This document shows positions 48,401-60,100 of a DNA stretch of 64,000 bases, piece after piece. Location of the stretch: contig OZ076409.1 in assembly GCA_964187785.1 (NCBI GenBank), forward strand, positions 57,042,001 to 57,106,000. Direction: 5' to 3'. The stretch is from Amphiscolops sp. MND2022 (lineage: Eukaryota). The translations under genes and the position numbers were made by a program. The notes under the pieces were generated by a model. The model did not search any database. It saw only the letters and a program-made list of their open reading frames with translations, and was not told where the DNA came from. Each line of letters opens with the position of its first letter. The stretch's first letter is position 1.

Positions 48401-49835
48401 GGGTCATTTTGGGGGCCATTCTGGGGTCCTTGACGTCAAGTAAAAAAATCCAGAAAACACCACAAATACATATCGCACGAAGCTAAATTTATGTGAGTTT
48501 AATTCTATGGGTAACACCCTTAAAGTTAAATATATATTTGGTGCTTGGCAAATTTTGTAAAAAAAACCGTTTGATTTAAATATTTTCCTTTCCCATATAT
48601 GAAATATGAGCGAAAAATAATTAGATTGTTACGCCAGCTCTTATTAGTGCTTGCTACCCTCAACGAGTCATTAAACGGCGGGAAATAAAAATCCTAAAGC
48701 TAACATGAAAAAGACTTCGTCCAATTTTTTTGACAAACATTGGCGAACCTGCTGTTTACTTAGTAGAAAATAATCCTCACCTCTTTAGGTTGTGGATTTA
48801 CTTCAGCGATTTAATAGTTCAAATCGTTCGAAACTCAGCTGATCTCTTGAAAAGAATTTTATTAACTTTCACTTTTGAGCGAAAAACACTGAACTGGAAA
48901 ACCAAATGTCACGAAAGGTGAAAACCTCAACCCCAGCGGATTCTCTCAAAAACTATTAGTCGGAGTCAGGAATATTGGCAAACCTGGAGATTGAGCACTT
49001 AGACTATCTGTTTAGAAGGACCGCGTCAGAAAACCTCGGCCCTGAGCTGTTAGCATACCAACAGCACTAAGTCGACATCCAACAAGCGGGTCGGTAGGCT
49101 ACGAAATAAGTTATACATGGAAGCGTTAGCCCATTGGATTTGAAGGTATTTCCGTAGATTTTTCAACCCCTGGGTTGAGCAGAGAGGAGGTGCGGACCCT
49201 ATAAAAACAAACCTTGAAGTTATGTGAACTTACCCAAAAAACTTCGGCAAGACACTTACCTCTCAGCCTTAAACAAAATACATGCAAGTTACATTAATCG
49301 GTTCAGCGCGCAGGAAGTACTGTTTAGTTGAGGTACCCGGGAAGGGAACCGCAAGTTTGGGAGAAAGAGATGCCCGGCCTTTGTTTGTATAATGTCAAAC
49401 GGAAGCTAGTTGGTTTCTAATGAGCATAGGACTGTATCAGTTACGCATCCGAAGCAACTGCCTTAAGTAAATGAAACATACTCAAATCTTGCAACTCATA
49501 AACCAATACCAACTAATGGCCTTTTACCATTGTATATAGGAGCATTAGACGACACGGGGAAGCTTCAAAGTCATTCAAGAAATGTCAGCGAGTAAAACGC
49601 AATAGTGTTTCCTCATCTAGTGGAACGCAATTAACTTCGCATTTAACCCTTTATTTCCCAAAAGGACATCAATGGCGGCAAGTGAGAAATTAAAATTGCG
49701 TCATAAATAAGCACGCTGCTAGTCATCAGAGATGACGTAATGGAAGTAGAACAAATACTCTAGGCGTGGCAGTGACGAATTCCCTTCCAAATAAGGCAAT
49801 AAAGAAGGGGAATTCCCACACAGCAGAAGTCTCAA

Positions 49836-50215
49836 ACAGCAGAAAATGAAAATTCGGTCCCATTCAGCAGAATATTTCTTTATGCTGCAATCTGATTGGC
49901 TGAAATTTCAAATAGAATTGAATTCACTATGATGAAAACGCGTGTCAGATTTTGTCGGAATTATTATTATAACGTAGTCAGATATGTTCACATACCCCTA
50001 GTGCCCTAAATGCAGGAGCGAAGCGAAGCGGAGCGACGTGCCATATGGCCATGCCTCAATGTTGCTACTTGGCGAAGGGAGCGAAGCGACCGAGCCATAC
50101 AACAAATATGCAAACCTTTTCAAATAAATCAAGTTTCTACATACTGGCTGTAACAACACTAAAAGCTAGTAATTTGAATTCTGCTGTATGGGACCGAATT
50201 TTCATTTTCTGCTGT
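49836..50215. mobile_element. MITE-like element with ~38-bp IRs nested in the piggyBac 5' region
   Basis: ACAGCAGAAAATGAAAATTCGGTCCCATTCAGCAGAAT at 49836-49873; its inverse (one mismatch) at 50178-50215. Confidence 0.7.
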
Positions 50216-50511
50216 ATGAATAGGTCCCATAAAGAACAGAAAGGCATGTGAAAGAAGAATACTTGTAAATATCTACAGAGTGATGCATACATGCATTTCC
50301 AAAACTTTGAAAACAGATATCTTACCACCCAGGGCAGATAAATACACGCGGTTTTCTACACACGAAAGCCTACTAACTGAACTTTCCTTCCAATTCATTT
50401 TGTTAAAACACCGGTCATTCGATCTGTTCGAAATTTAATACTGAAAGTAGTGGACATTAATGTCCACCTGGGTTCTTTAACTAATTTCAGCAAATTCTTT
50501 AATTTCAGATC

Positions 50512-51777
50512 ATGGATTTTTTAGTCGAATGGAAAGATGGAACTTCCAATATCGTCACTGGTAATGACCTTCTGCCTGCATTACGCGTTGGAAACAGTGC
50601 TTTATGGGCTTACGACATTACCTGGCGTTGTAAAATTATTTCTTTTGAAAACTTCAATTGCGTTTTGGTGAAATGGGCGAATGATGATAGTGAAAATGTG
50701 GTTTCACTAAATGATCTACAGATTTCGTCTGAAAGCCAAGAAGCTATTTGGAGATACGATTTCAACTGGGAAGGAAAAATTATAGCCCTGAATGGAAAAA
50801 TACAGAAACTCCATGAGCGCAATTATGAATTCCGGAGTAAAAAGGTTAGCAAAACATTACCAATTCCAAACGACAGTGGAAGTGAAGAGTCTGAAAGGGA
50901 TGACGAAGTAGAACCTGATGATGAAACTTCTTGCAGCGATGATTCAGACGACGATGTTCCACTACAATCATTCAGGTCAAACAATATGGGACGTTCACCA
51001 CTATGGAAACAAAAAACCGATCAACTTACTAACAGAGAGTGGAAGGGTGGTCGGAAATCTGCGGAAAAAGTTCGAAAGGCTTCGGAATACTTCCAGGACT
51101 ATTTCACTACAGAATTTATTGAGCATATATGCTATCAAACTAACTTATACGTATGTCAAAAAAATCCTGATTCTACTTTTTGTTTGTCGAAGGCCACATT
51201 CTCTAAATTTGTTGGTTGTTGCTATTGGATGTCTCTGATAGGCATGAGTAGTACAAGAAGGTACTGGTCACCTCTATCGCGATGTGCACAGGTAGCGGAC
51301 TCTCTCACTAGAAATGAATGGGATGATGTCAAGAGAAATTTGCATTTTGCTGATAACAATGAAACGATAGGAAAAAAGGATGGTAAATTCTGTTTTCTGA
51401 TTCAGCATTTCAATTCCATTGCAAACAAAATCCCATTTGATGAAATGTTGTGTGTGGATGAGCAAATAGTCCCCACTAAAACCCGCAGAACTACTCTGCG
51501 CCAGTACAACCCCAAAAAACCGAAGAAGTGGGGTTTCAAAATTTTCATGCTTTGTGGTCAAAGTGGGTTTGTTCACAATATCGAGTTCTATCTTGGAAAA
51601 GACCATAACGGACCAGGCGATCTTCGACAAGAGGCATGTGCAAGTACCCGGGTTGTGGCAGCAAAGTGTACACTATTTGCTACAAATGTTCGAACGAAGA
51701 CAACGAAATTCACTTGTGTGCTTCACAAAACGATTGTTTCTACAATTTTCATATCAACTGACTGTTCAAATCGATGA
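50512..51777 (+). pseudogene. piggyBac transposase, internally deleted, with duplicated N-terminal domain
   Basis: TNLY, LHFADN, CVDEQIVP, QYNPKKPKKWGFK and EFYLGK are present. The sequence then jumps to an out-of-frame Cys-rich domain (RGMCKYPGC..CYKC..HLC..CFYNFH). Second and third catalytic Asp regions are absent. Confidence 0.9.
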
Positions 51778-52230
51778 AAAACATATTTTTCATAATATTT
51801 TTCCTGGAAGAAGAAAATTTCAAGTTAAAGTACAACATCCCAGGTGGACATTAATGTCCGGTACCTCGAACAGTAACTGAGAATCTTCGCTCTTGATGGG
51901 ACCTTAGCAACATTGTTAATCGACCATAATTGTGTTACTCTGACGGAAAAAACTTTAGATATTGCTCGGTTAAGATACTTTGGGAAATAAAGGGTTAACG
52001 TCAAAAATTCGTATAGTATTGAAGAACTTTATTAGTGGATATATATTGAAAGCACCTAATCTCAGACCAAAAGTTAGAATTTTCAACGGTCTCAAAGTGT
52101 GGAAAAGTGTGAAAAGGGGGGCCATTTGAAATTTTCAAACATGCATTTCGTTGCAAAATATCAGAAAGTTGAAGTTGAGATCCTTTGGGAACAATAAAAT
52201 GTTTTGGGAAAAGAAGTCTAACAAAGCCGA

Positions 52231-52711
52231 AACAAGACGGGAACGTCTCAAGTCGGCGCTATATCAAAGGCTCAAAAAGCGCAAAACATTTTTTTGGAAA
52301 AAAACTTGAAATTTTTGAAAAAAAAATTCTTTCGGAAAATGTCGCACAGTGCCGAAAAATGTAAAAGTAGGACCCTTTTTGATTTATAAACACGCATTCT
52401 GTAGCAAAATAACAAAAAAACTCAAAGGGGGGAACCTTTGGGGACATTTAAAAAATTTCGAAAAAAAGTCGCACAGTGCCGAAAAAAAATCGAAAAGGGG
52501 GACCCTTTAGTCCCGTCCGGGCTTGTAGGTAACGTTTAAAAAGTAAAAAACCAAAGGGGGGATCCTTTGGAATAATTTACATGCGTTTCCCTGGTATTTA
52601 GTTTCCTTTAGTTGAACGTTAACGTTCGTCGCTTCGAGTCTGTCTTAAATGAAAAAAAAACGAGTGACTGTAATAGTCGGGCTGTTTTATTTATAAAAGC
52701 GCCGACTAAAA
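52231..52711 (-). mobile_element. DINE-1/Helentron-like element, copy of 19732-20233
   Basis: Same start AACAAGACGGGAACGTCTCAAGTCGGCGCT and end GCGCCGACTAAAAA. Confidence 0.65.
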
Positions 52712-55700
52712 AGGGGGTTTCATAGAGCCAGAAAAGTTTGAAAGTGGACCTCTAGTCTTGTCCAGTTTTTGCAAATGGACGATAAAGTTTCTGGCTGAAG
52801 TAGCGACTCGAAGCCGCGACTGCTTGTTCCCGCTAAACCGATTGACCTCTGTACTAAAAAGTGTTACATACAGGGTGAGCTCTGTGGTCTGACAAAAAAA
52901 GAAAGACATCTAGCCACTGTGATAACCGGGCTTCTTCTTTTAGGGAAAATTCGTCGACTAGAAAAAATGCGACAAAAAACAGTAATGAGCTTCTTCAAAT
53001 GAGATTTTGATCTGAAACATTGTATATTTCGATTAAATGAACAAATCGATTAATTGACAGACATTTCTATTTTCACCGGCCGAGGTATTCTGATAATCGA
53101 GAGTCTACTTTAATCGAGAGTGTAATTGTTCTGAAACTTTCGAAAAGAGAACAACTATTCAATTATAAATTTCTAAATGGGTGCCACTTCCATTTTAGAG
53201 TACCAACATTTAGTATAGCCTTTAATTTTTAAAATACGTATTTTTAAAATCATAGTGAATTCATTCGATCGAGAATTAATAAGGTCGAAAAAAAATGGAA
53301 AACAAACGTTTAGGGAGATAAAAAATTCAATGGATGACATTAAAGAAAATGAAAAGCATTGATTTTCAAAAATTTTCAGAAATTATTGAGAGTAACGCCC
53401 TCAATAGGTTGACGAAGGATTTTCCTTGCAAAAACAGACTAGCGTTCCTTAAATTCGTTAATATCTGCATTGCTTCAAAAAGGACAATACGAATTTTCAT
53501 GAGACGCTTAATAGAAATTTTATGGAAATTTCTTGTTCATTTGATTATTTAATTAGCAAATTTCCTAGCTGTACGCTTGTTAGCAGTTTCAGCTTGCGTG
53601 ACTGACTCCCTTTGCATAAGCTATTTTTTTGCCAATGTGCAATAATTCCTAGAGAAAACACCTTCAAAAGTAACATTCAGAGCAAAGCTTGATTAGGACA
53701 TTGAAAAACTGCTGAATAGTCTGAACATACGTATTTTAAGTCAGAACATTTTGCCATCAAACATTGTACCAAAAATGTTAAATTCTTCAATCATGCTCAG
53801 TAGCATTTAACTTAAAACTGAACAAAACCTTAGGATTCAAATAAACTGTTTCTCTTTCTCATGCATTTTCTCGAACAGAACATAACAAGAAGCGCAGGGG
53901 CAGACGGGAAAGATGTTTCCTGCGTTGTAAAACATTTATTTTTTTGGCAATTGGAAAAACAAATTATCTCTCAAAAGCGAATCTCGTTGTCAAAAGTATC
54001 ATTTGCCATGATTGTATTCTAAGCGTTATTCTTTCACTCTATGATTCAAACTTTGATTTTTTAAATTTATTTTATTGAAAGCGAATGAAGCAAATATGTA
54101 CGCTCTTCAAGTTCTGCGAATCCAAAAGTTGATTCTGCAAATGCAAAAATTGTTCTTGTTTGATTTCGAAAGTTGTTTTGACGTTCAATTATGACTTCTG
54201 GTCTGCCAGTGTAATGACTTGGCAAAAATGTCATTGGTTTCTTTGACATCGCTTTTTAAACTTTTTGGCCTTTACATTCCCTTTAAGCAAACGAATCGAT
54301 GTAGAATAGATTTCATAGATCAAATTCAATAATTCTTGGTCATAAATGGTTTTTGGGGATAACTGTCCAATGCATTGTCCCTTCCATTAGAAGGAGGTTC
54401 GGTTGTTTTAACGAGAAACAGTGAGTTGCCTTAAGGCTATGAAATTACGCCATCATAAATACGTTGATACCATCGTGGGTCGCCTATAAATGATAGTAGT
54501 AGACTCTGCCAATAACCCGGTTAATTCTAGGAGCTTTTAAGATGTCAAATATGAAATCTCATAATTGATGTGAATAAGATGGAAGTTGATAATTCTTTTT
54601 CTGACGAGTGAAGTTAATGATTCGGATTGTAGTTTAAATTTATCAGGGACTTGTAGGCATAACTAAAAAATCGACGGAACACAATATTCTACTTCGAGAA
54701 ATGATTGGAACAAAGTATACTTTTTTGAAATGAAAGAAATACAGTGAAACAAACAAATGAAATCAAAATTCATGAAAGAGTAGACAATTTGTAATGCTTT
54801 GTAATCTTACCCATGTTGTTGGCATCTTTATCGAGTCTTTCAAAAACGGAAGAGTACAGATTTAGGATAAAACAAAAGTGAACATTGTTGAGTTCTCACA
54901 AACTGTCCATATTTCGTCTGAAAGTTTGAAACGAGTCTGTACCCTTTTCTTTTCAGTGATAATAAAAAGCATTATTATCATGAGATCCGGTGACTGGACA
55001 CACAAATTTTCCAAAAACTCCATATCGTTTTAAAAGTACGGCTTCACTGTCCCGTCTACTTTTAGGAGACTTACAACCAGTATGGGCTAAAAACATCCCA
55101 CCATTTCCCCCCAACGAAGTTCACTGTTCAAGAAATATTTTTGTTTATTTGCAAGCTCTTTAGGATTTGGATACGTTTCAGTGATTTTTTCTTGGAATTG
55201 TTTGCCAAAATTACATTTAAAACTCTTACATATACATTACACTGTATATCCGAAATGCTTCAAGGTGAGACAATTCATTCAACCCACCATGCAATTAAGT
55301 GCAATTGCAAAAATATGTATATCTGGATTTTCAAATGAGTCTTTGTTGATAAAACACAGTAAAATGTAAAAATAAATAAATAAAATAATTTAATTATAAA
55401 ATAGAATGTTTTCGCTATTGTTACAGAGAAACCCCTGGAATCAGAGTCTGACTATTAAATGTTAGAAACACCATTCAATCTTTCAGACTGTTTATAAACA
55501 GAATTCCAAATTTAGGATGCATCTTATAGGCAGCTTGATAAATTTAAATTGCTTCAGTGAAGTTTTGATGCATGGAGGTTTCCTTGAGAGTTTTATAAAA
55601 TCATGAAAAATTAGCTTGGTAACCTACAAAAACTTGTAAAAAGTTCAAGCAGTTCCAACCAGGATAGAGTGACAAAAGTTTTCCTGAAAATTGAAGTTTT

Positions 55701-55822
55701 TTTGAACTTCGAATGTTATGAAGAAAAATATTAGGCATTGCAGAAATAAAAATGTTTCATAAAATTGTTACAGAGGATGTCCTTATCAGAAGTATATATT
55801 ATACTGAATCAGCTACTGCCTG

Positions 55823-55936
55823 AACTCAAATTTTTGTTATTGGAGTTTTAGCAATAACCGTGAAACCTAACCAAAATACGTATTTTGGTTCGGTTTCACG
55901 GTTATTGGTAAAACTCCATTAACAAAAATTTGAGTT
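55823..55936. repeat. 114-bp spacerless near-perfect palindrome
   Basis: Centred on CCAAAATAC|GTATTTTGG at 55879/55880. Confidence 0.9.
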
Positions 55937-56951
55937 TTTTGGTACCTCAGCAAGCCAGCCATTTGAAGAACTATCTAGCGAGGTACATTTGCATAACCAT
56001 GGTTGACTGCAGTCAACAACTTTCTCAACAGATTCAGTTCCTGAAGCTCAGAAATGAAGCAAACTGAGCTACAGTGTCAACTTGAAACCCATTGTCCAAG
56101 AGGGAAGAACGTCGGAAAATGAATAGCAGTTTTGGCTATTGCGACAATAGGTGACACGCCGAACTGAAATTTTTGACTTGTTTCTTTCTGGTAGTAAGTA
56201 CGTTATCCATCGATTTATTGACGTGTGAACACTTTGGAACATCGCTACTGAAATGAAGACGAGGATGAACTATTTAATTCCAAAAATTACTTCAGCGCTC
56301 AAGAGACTCCACCCTTTGTGGAATTTTCCTCCCTATGGCAAACAGAACTGATTTCGGACACCTCGGTTGAATTCAAATGGCCCAAAAATGTTCGGCCAAG
56401 ATCCAGACCATGATTTACAAAAAAAATCATTATTAGAGCCCTGCACTCAACAGATTTACTTTTTCCTTCCAAACATGGAACAATTAGAACCATGTTTTCC
56501 ATTCAAATCCAAGCGCTCTCTCAGCCGGTTCGCATAGTCGAATACACTGTGGGAACGTTATGTCTTCCTCTTGGTTCAAACATGGGGGACAGCTACCATT
56601 TTTGAGGCTGGTTTCGAAAATAGGATAAGCTGTAAAGTTTGAAACACATCGAAATGATTTTTCGATTGTTTGAAATGTATACATGACGCGTGATAGACGC
56701 GTGAATGACTTCTATAATTTCTAATTAGCAACACTTTTTTTCCAACTTTCCTTCAAGTTTTGCCTGTTTAAGGTTTTTCATACACAACCAACCATTCTTC
56801 AGAGAAGATGGTAAGCATTATTCAATATTCCACAAACCATGAAGCAAGCTCTATGGGGTCTCAATAGCAACTAAAATCAATTAAATTTACACGGAAATTG
56901 CAGCTGGTTTCCTTCAAAACTCCTCATATTAACACAAAATCTTTCTTTCAC

Positions 56952-57143
56952 TGTGGCATGAAATGGCTAAACAAACCATACTGCCAAAATGGACAGTGAA
57001 CTACCTGCCACTTTTATGACGTCATGTAACACTGATGCATATATAGAAAATGAGATGATAGATACTTTTTAGTTTTGCTTTGATCGATACGTACTTGCTT
57101 ATAATACACTGTATTTATCCTCCTGTTTCACCGAGTTACTTCA
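56952..57143 (+). repeat. 5' LTR
   Basis: TGTGGCATG...GTTACTTCA, matches 62671-62862. Confidence 0.97.
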
Positions 57144-57156
57144 TGGCGCAGTCAGC
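57144..57156 (+). promoter_or_regulatory. Primer binding site TGGCGCAGTCAGC (possibly tRNA-Ser)
   Basis: TGG directly after the LTR-terminal CA; tRNA identity inferred from similarity to known TGGCGCAGTC PBSs. Confidence 0.8.
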
Positions 57157-57178
57157 ATCTTGAACAAAAAGAAAAACA

Positions 57179-60100
57179 ATGGATAATAACAACACTGACC
57201 TCAACTCCACGGAGGACAGACCGATGTCTTCGGAACAGACAACACGGACAACCAACAATCAAACGATATCAGAAAGAGCGGAAAAAAGTAAATACAAGAT
57301 TCCCATTTTGTCTGATAGAGAAACCGATCTTACCAAAGCCAACCCAAAGATGTGGTGGGAACAAATTTCAGAATACATTCTTCTGACCTACAACCGAAAC
57401 TTGGACGAAATTACCGATGAAGGAGTAGAATACATGGACCCCCACACGGTATACCATATAAAAGGTGACGTTATATGGGCTTTAGGCCCAAAAGCCAAAC
57501 ATGAGATCATGAGAGGACAATGGGGCCGAGAAATAAAAGATGTCAAATTGCCCGAACTATTGACACTATTCAAAAAAACATTTCTCCCGGCAAGAAACGT
57601 CTTCCACAGCAGGGCCCAATTTTTCAACATGAAGCAAGACGATAACGAAACTCTAGATGAATATTGGAAGAGGCTAGTGGACATCGAAAGAAAGTGTGAA
57701 TTTGGGAACATAACGGCAGAAGAAATCATCACGTATAAATTTGCAGCCACAATTAAAGACAAACGAGCCCGGGACAAATTTATAAAGGGCCCTCTGAAAA
57801 TACAATTGGTATTGGAGACCATAGAGCTCGACAATTACAACAGAAAGTACGGTGATAAAAAATCCAAAACCAAAAAAGCCAAGAGAGATTCCACAAGTAG
57901 CTCAACAAGCACCGAACTAATCGGACATACGAACCAATCACGGAAGCGGAGGACACAAAACAACGAAAAAAAGAAATCAACGAACAAAAACTGTCGCTTT
58001 TGCGGAAAACCAAACTGGTCCATGGAACATATTTGTCCGGCACGGAGAGCACAATGCAATATTTGTAAAAAGATGGGACACTTTGCCAAGGTATGCAAAT
58101 CCAAGACCGTAAGCCGGATAGCCGAAACGGTTTCATCGGACAGTAACACCGAATCATGGCCGGAAGTGGACCACATTCAATCCGTGAACGGTATCAACCG
58201 AGTTGATTTCTACAAAACCGTCCTATTGGTCCACGGCCAGCCAATAGAATTCATTATCGATACCGGCTCTCCAGTCACAATTATTCCGCCAATTATTGAT
58301 TTGACCGAAGTGAAGAAAACGACAAAAACATTTGTGGATGTAAACAAGAACCCAATAAAATTCAAGGGGGAAGCCATGGTTGAAGTGAAAACAGAAAAAA
58401 GCAGAGAGATATTACCTATCTTAATAACAGAAAATAAAAATACTCAACCATTATTGGGCTTGGACTGGCTTGATAAATTGGAAATTGGATTACAAGGCAG
58501 CAAGAAAACAAATGTTATTCGTCATGTGACAGAAGACGAAAGAAGAAAAAGAATCCTCAACGAATACGAAGACCTATTCAAAAACAACCACACTATCAAA
58601 GACCTTACTATCGACATTCAGTTGAAGAAAGACGCCAAGCCAATCCAGCAAAAGGGACGGCCAGTCCCGATACATTTCCAGAAAATTGTCCGTGAAGAGT
58701 TAGAAAAACTAATAGACAAAGGACACCTGGAAAAGGCCGACAGAACAACTGAAAATTGCTTTGTATCACCCGCAGTCATCACCATCAAAAAGGACAAATC
58801 TGTCAAAATAGCTTTGGATTCACGAAAACTGAACGACGCATGCATAAAAAGAAAAGCCGCAATGCCAAATATGGAAGAATTGATCAGCAAAATTTCCGCA
58901 AAAATTACCAAAGGAAATGGGGATATTTGGATGTCCAAAATTGATCTAGATTATGCATACGGACAAGCGAAATTGTCGAAAGAAGCCGCAAGACATTGCG
59001 TATTTTCCATCATTGGGGGAGAATTCACCGGACACTACCGGTTCAAGAAAGGCTTCTACGGCCTATCCGACATTCCTACGGTATTCCAAGAACACATCGA
59101 CTCCGTGTTGGAATTCAAAACACCGGTCTGGCTAGACGATATCATATGCGTGACTAATGGTGACATCGAAGATCATGAAAAAGAACTGCGAGAAGTTTTG
59201 TCAAAACTGCAAGACGCCGGCTACCGGGCAAGTGAAAAGAAAACAGAATTATTCAAAAGAGAATTAACCTGGCTTGGCTACTATATCAACCAAAACGGTG
59301 TCAAACCAATCAAGGACAAAACGGAAGCAATAACCAAATTAGAAGCCCCGAAGAACGTGAAAGAATTGAAATCATTCCTGGGATCAATACAGCATTTATC
59401 AAAGTTTATCAACAATCTATCGAAGAAAACCGATGAAATGAGGAAACTCTTGAGAAAGGATACCAAATGGGAGTGGACACCCGAAATAGATGAAGACTTC
59501 GAAAAGCTGAAGAAAGAGATTACAGAGGCTCCATGCCTAGCACATTTCGATCCACAGAAGGAAAACTATATCACCACAGACGCATGCAATACCGGACTGG
59601 GCGCAACACTATGGCAGAAAGAAGGTGAAATTTTTAGACCCGTAGCATTCGCAAGTAGATTTTTAACTGATTGTGAAAAGAAATACGCAATCAATGAACT
59701 AGAATTATCAGGGGCTCTGTGGGGTTTAGAATACTTCAGGTATTTTGTGTACGGAAAAAGAGTAAATTTGTTAACAGATCACCAGGCGTTACAACCGTTG
59801 TTAAAAAAGAACCGAGCTCATAAACAATACAGCGCACGGTTAACACGCTGGCTGGATAGGTTGAGCCATTTCGACGTTAATGTCCAATACACGGCCGGTA
59901 AAAACATTCCGCTGACGGACTATTTGAGCCGTCATCCGATTATACCATCCGAGATCACCGAACTAGAAAACAAAGCGGACGGATTAATTGAAGCGGAAGC
60001 CGAAGAAGAGTTCGTCATTAATCAAATATACGGCTTATTAGAATTCAACCAAAAATGCGGCAGCATAAAACGATTCACTGAACAAAACGACACGACAGAA

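Larger units (their letters stand above)
49647..51994 (+). mobile_element. piggyBac DNA transposon, internally deleted
   Basis: TTAA at 49643-49646 and 51995-51998; 16-bp TIR CCCTTTATTTCCCAAA; internal 21-bp IR at ~50452-50472 and 51839-51859. Confidence 0.93.

Noticed and set aside
44340..56700. Possible host exons (~44.4-44.8k, ~49.0-49.6k, ~54.1-54.5k, ~56.1-56.7k)
   Set aside because: Some splice-like signals, but no coherent frame or recognisable protein.
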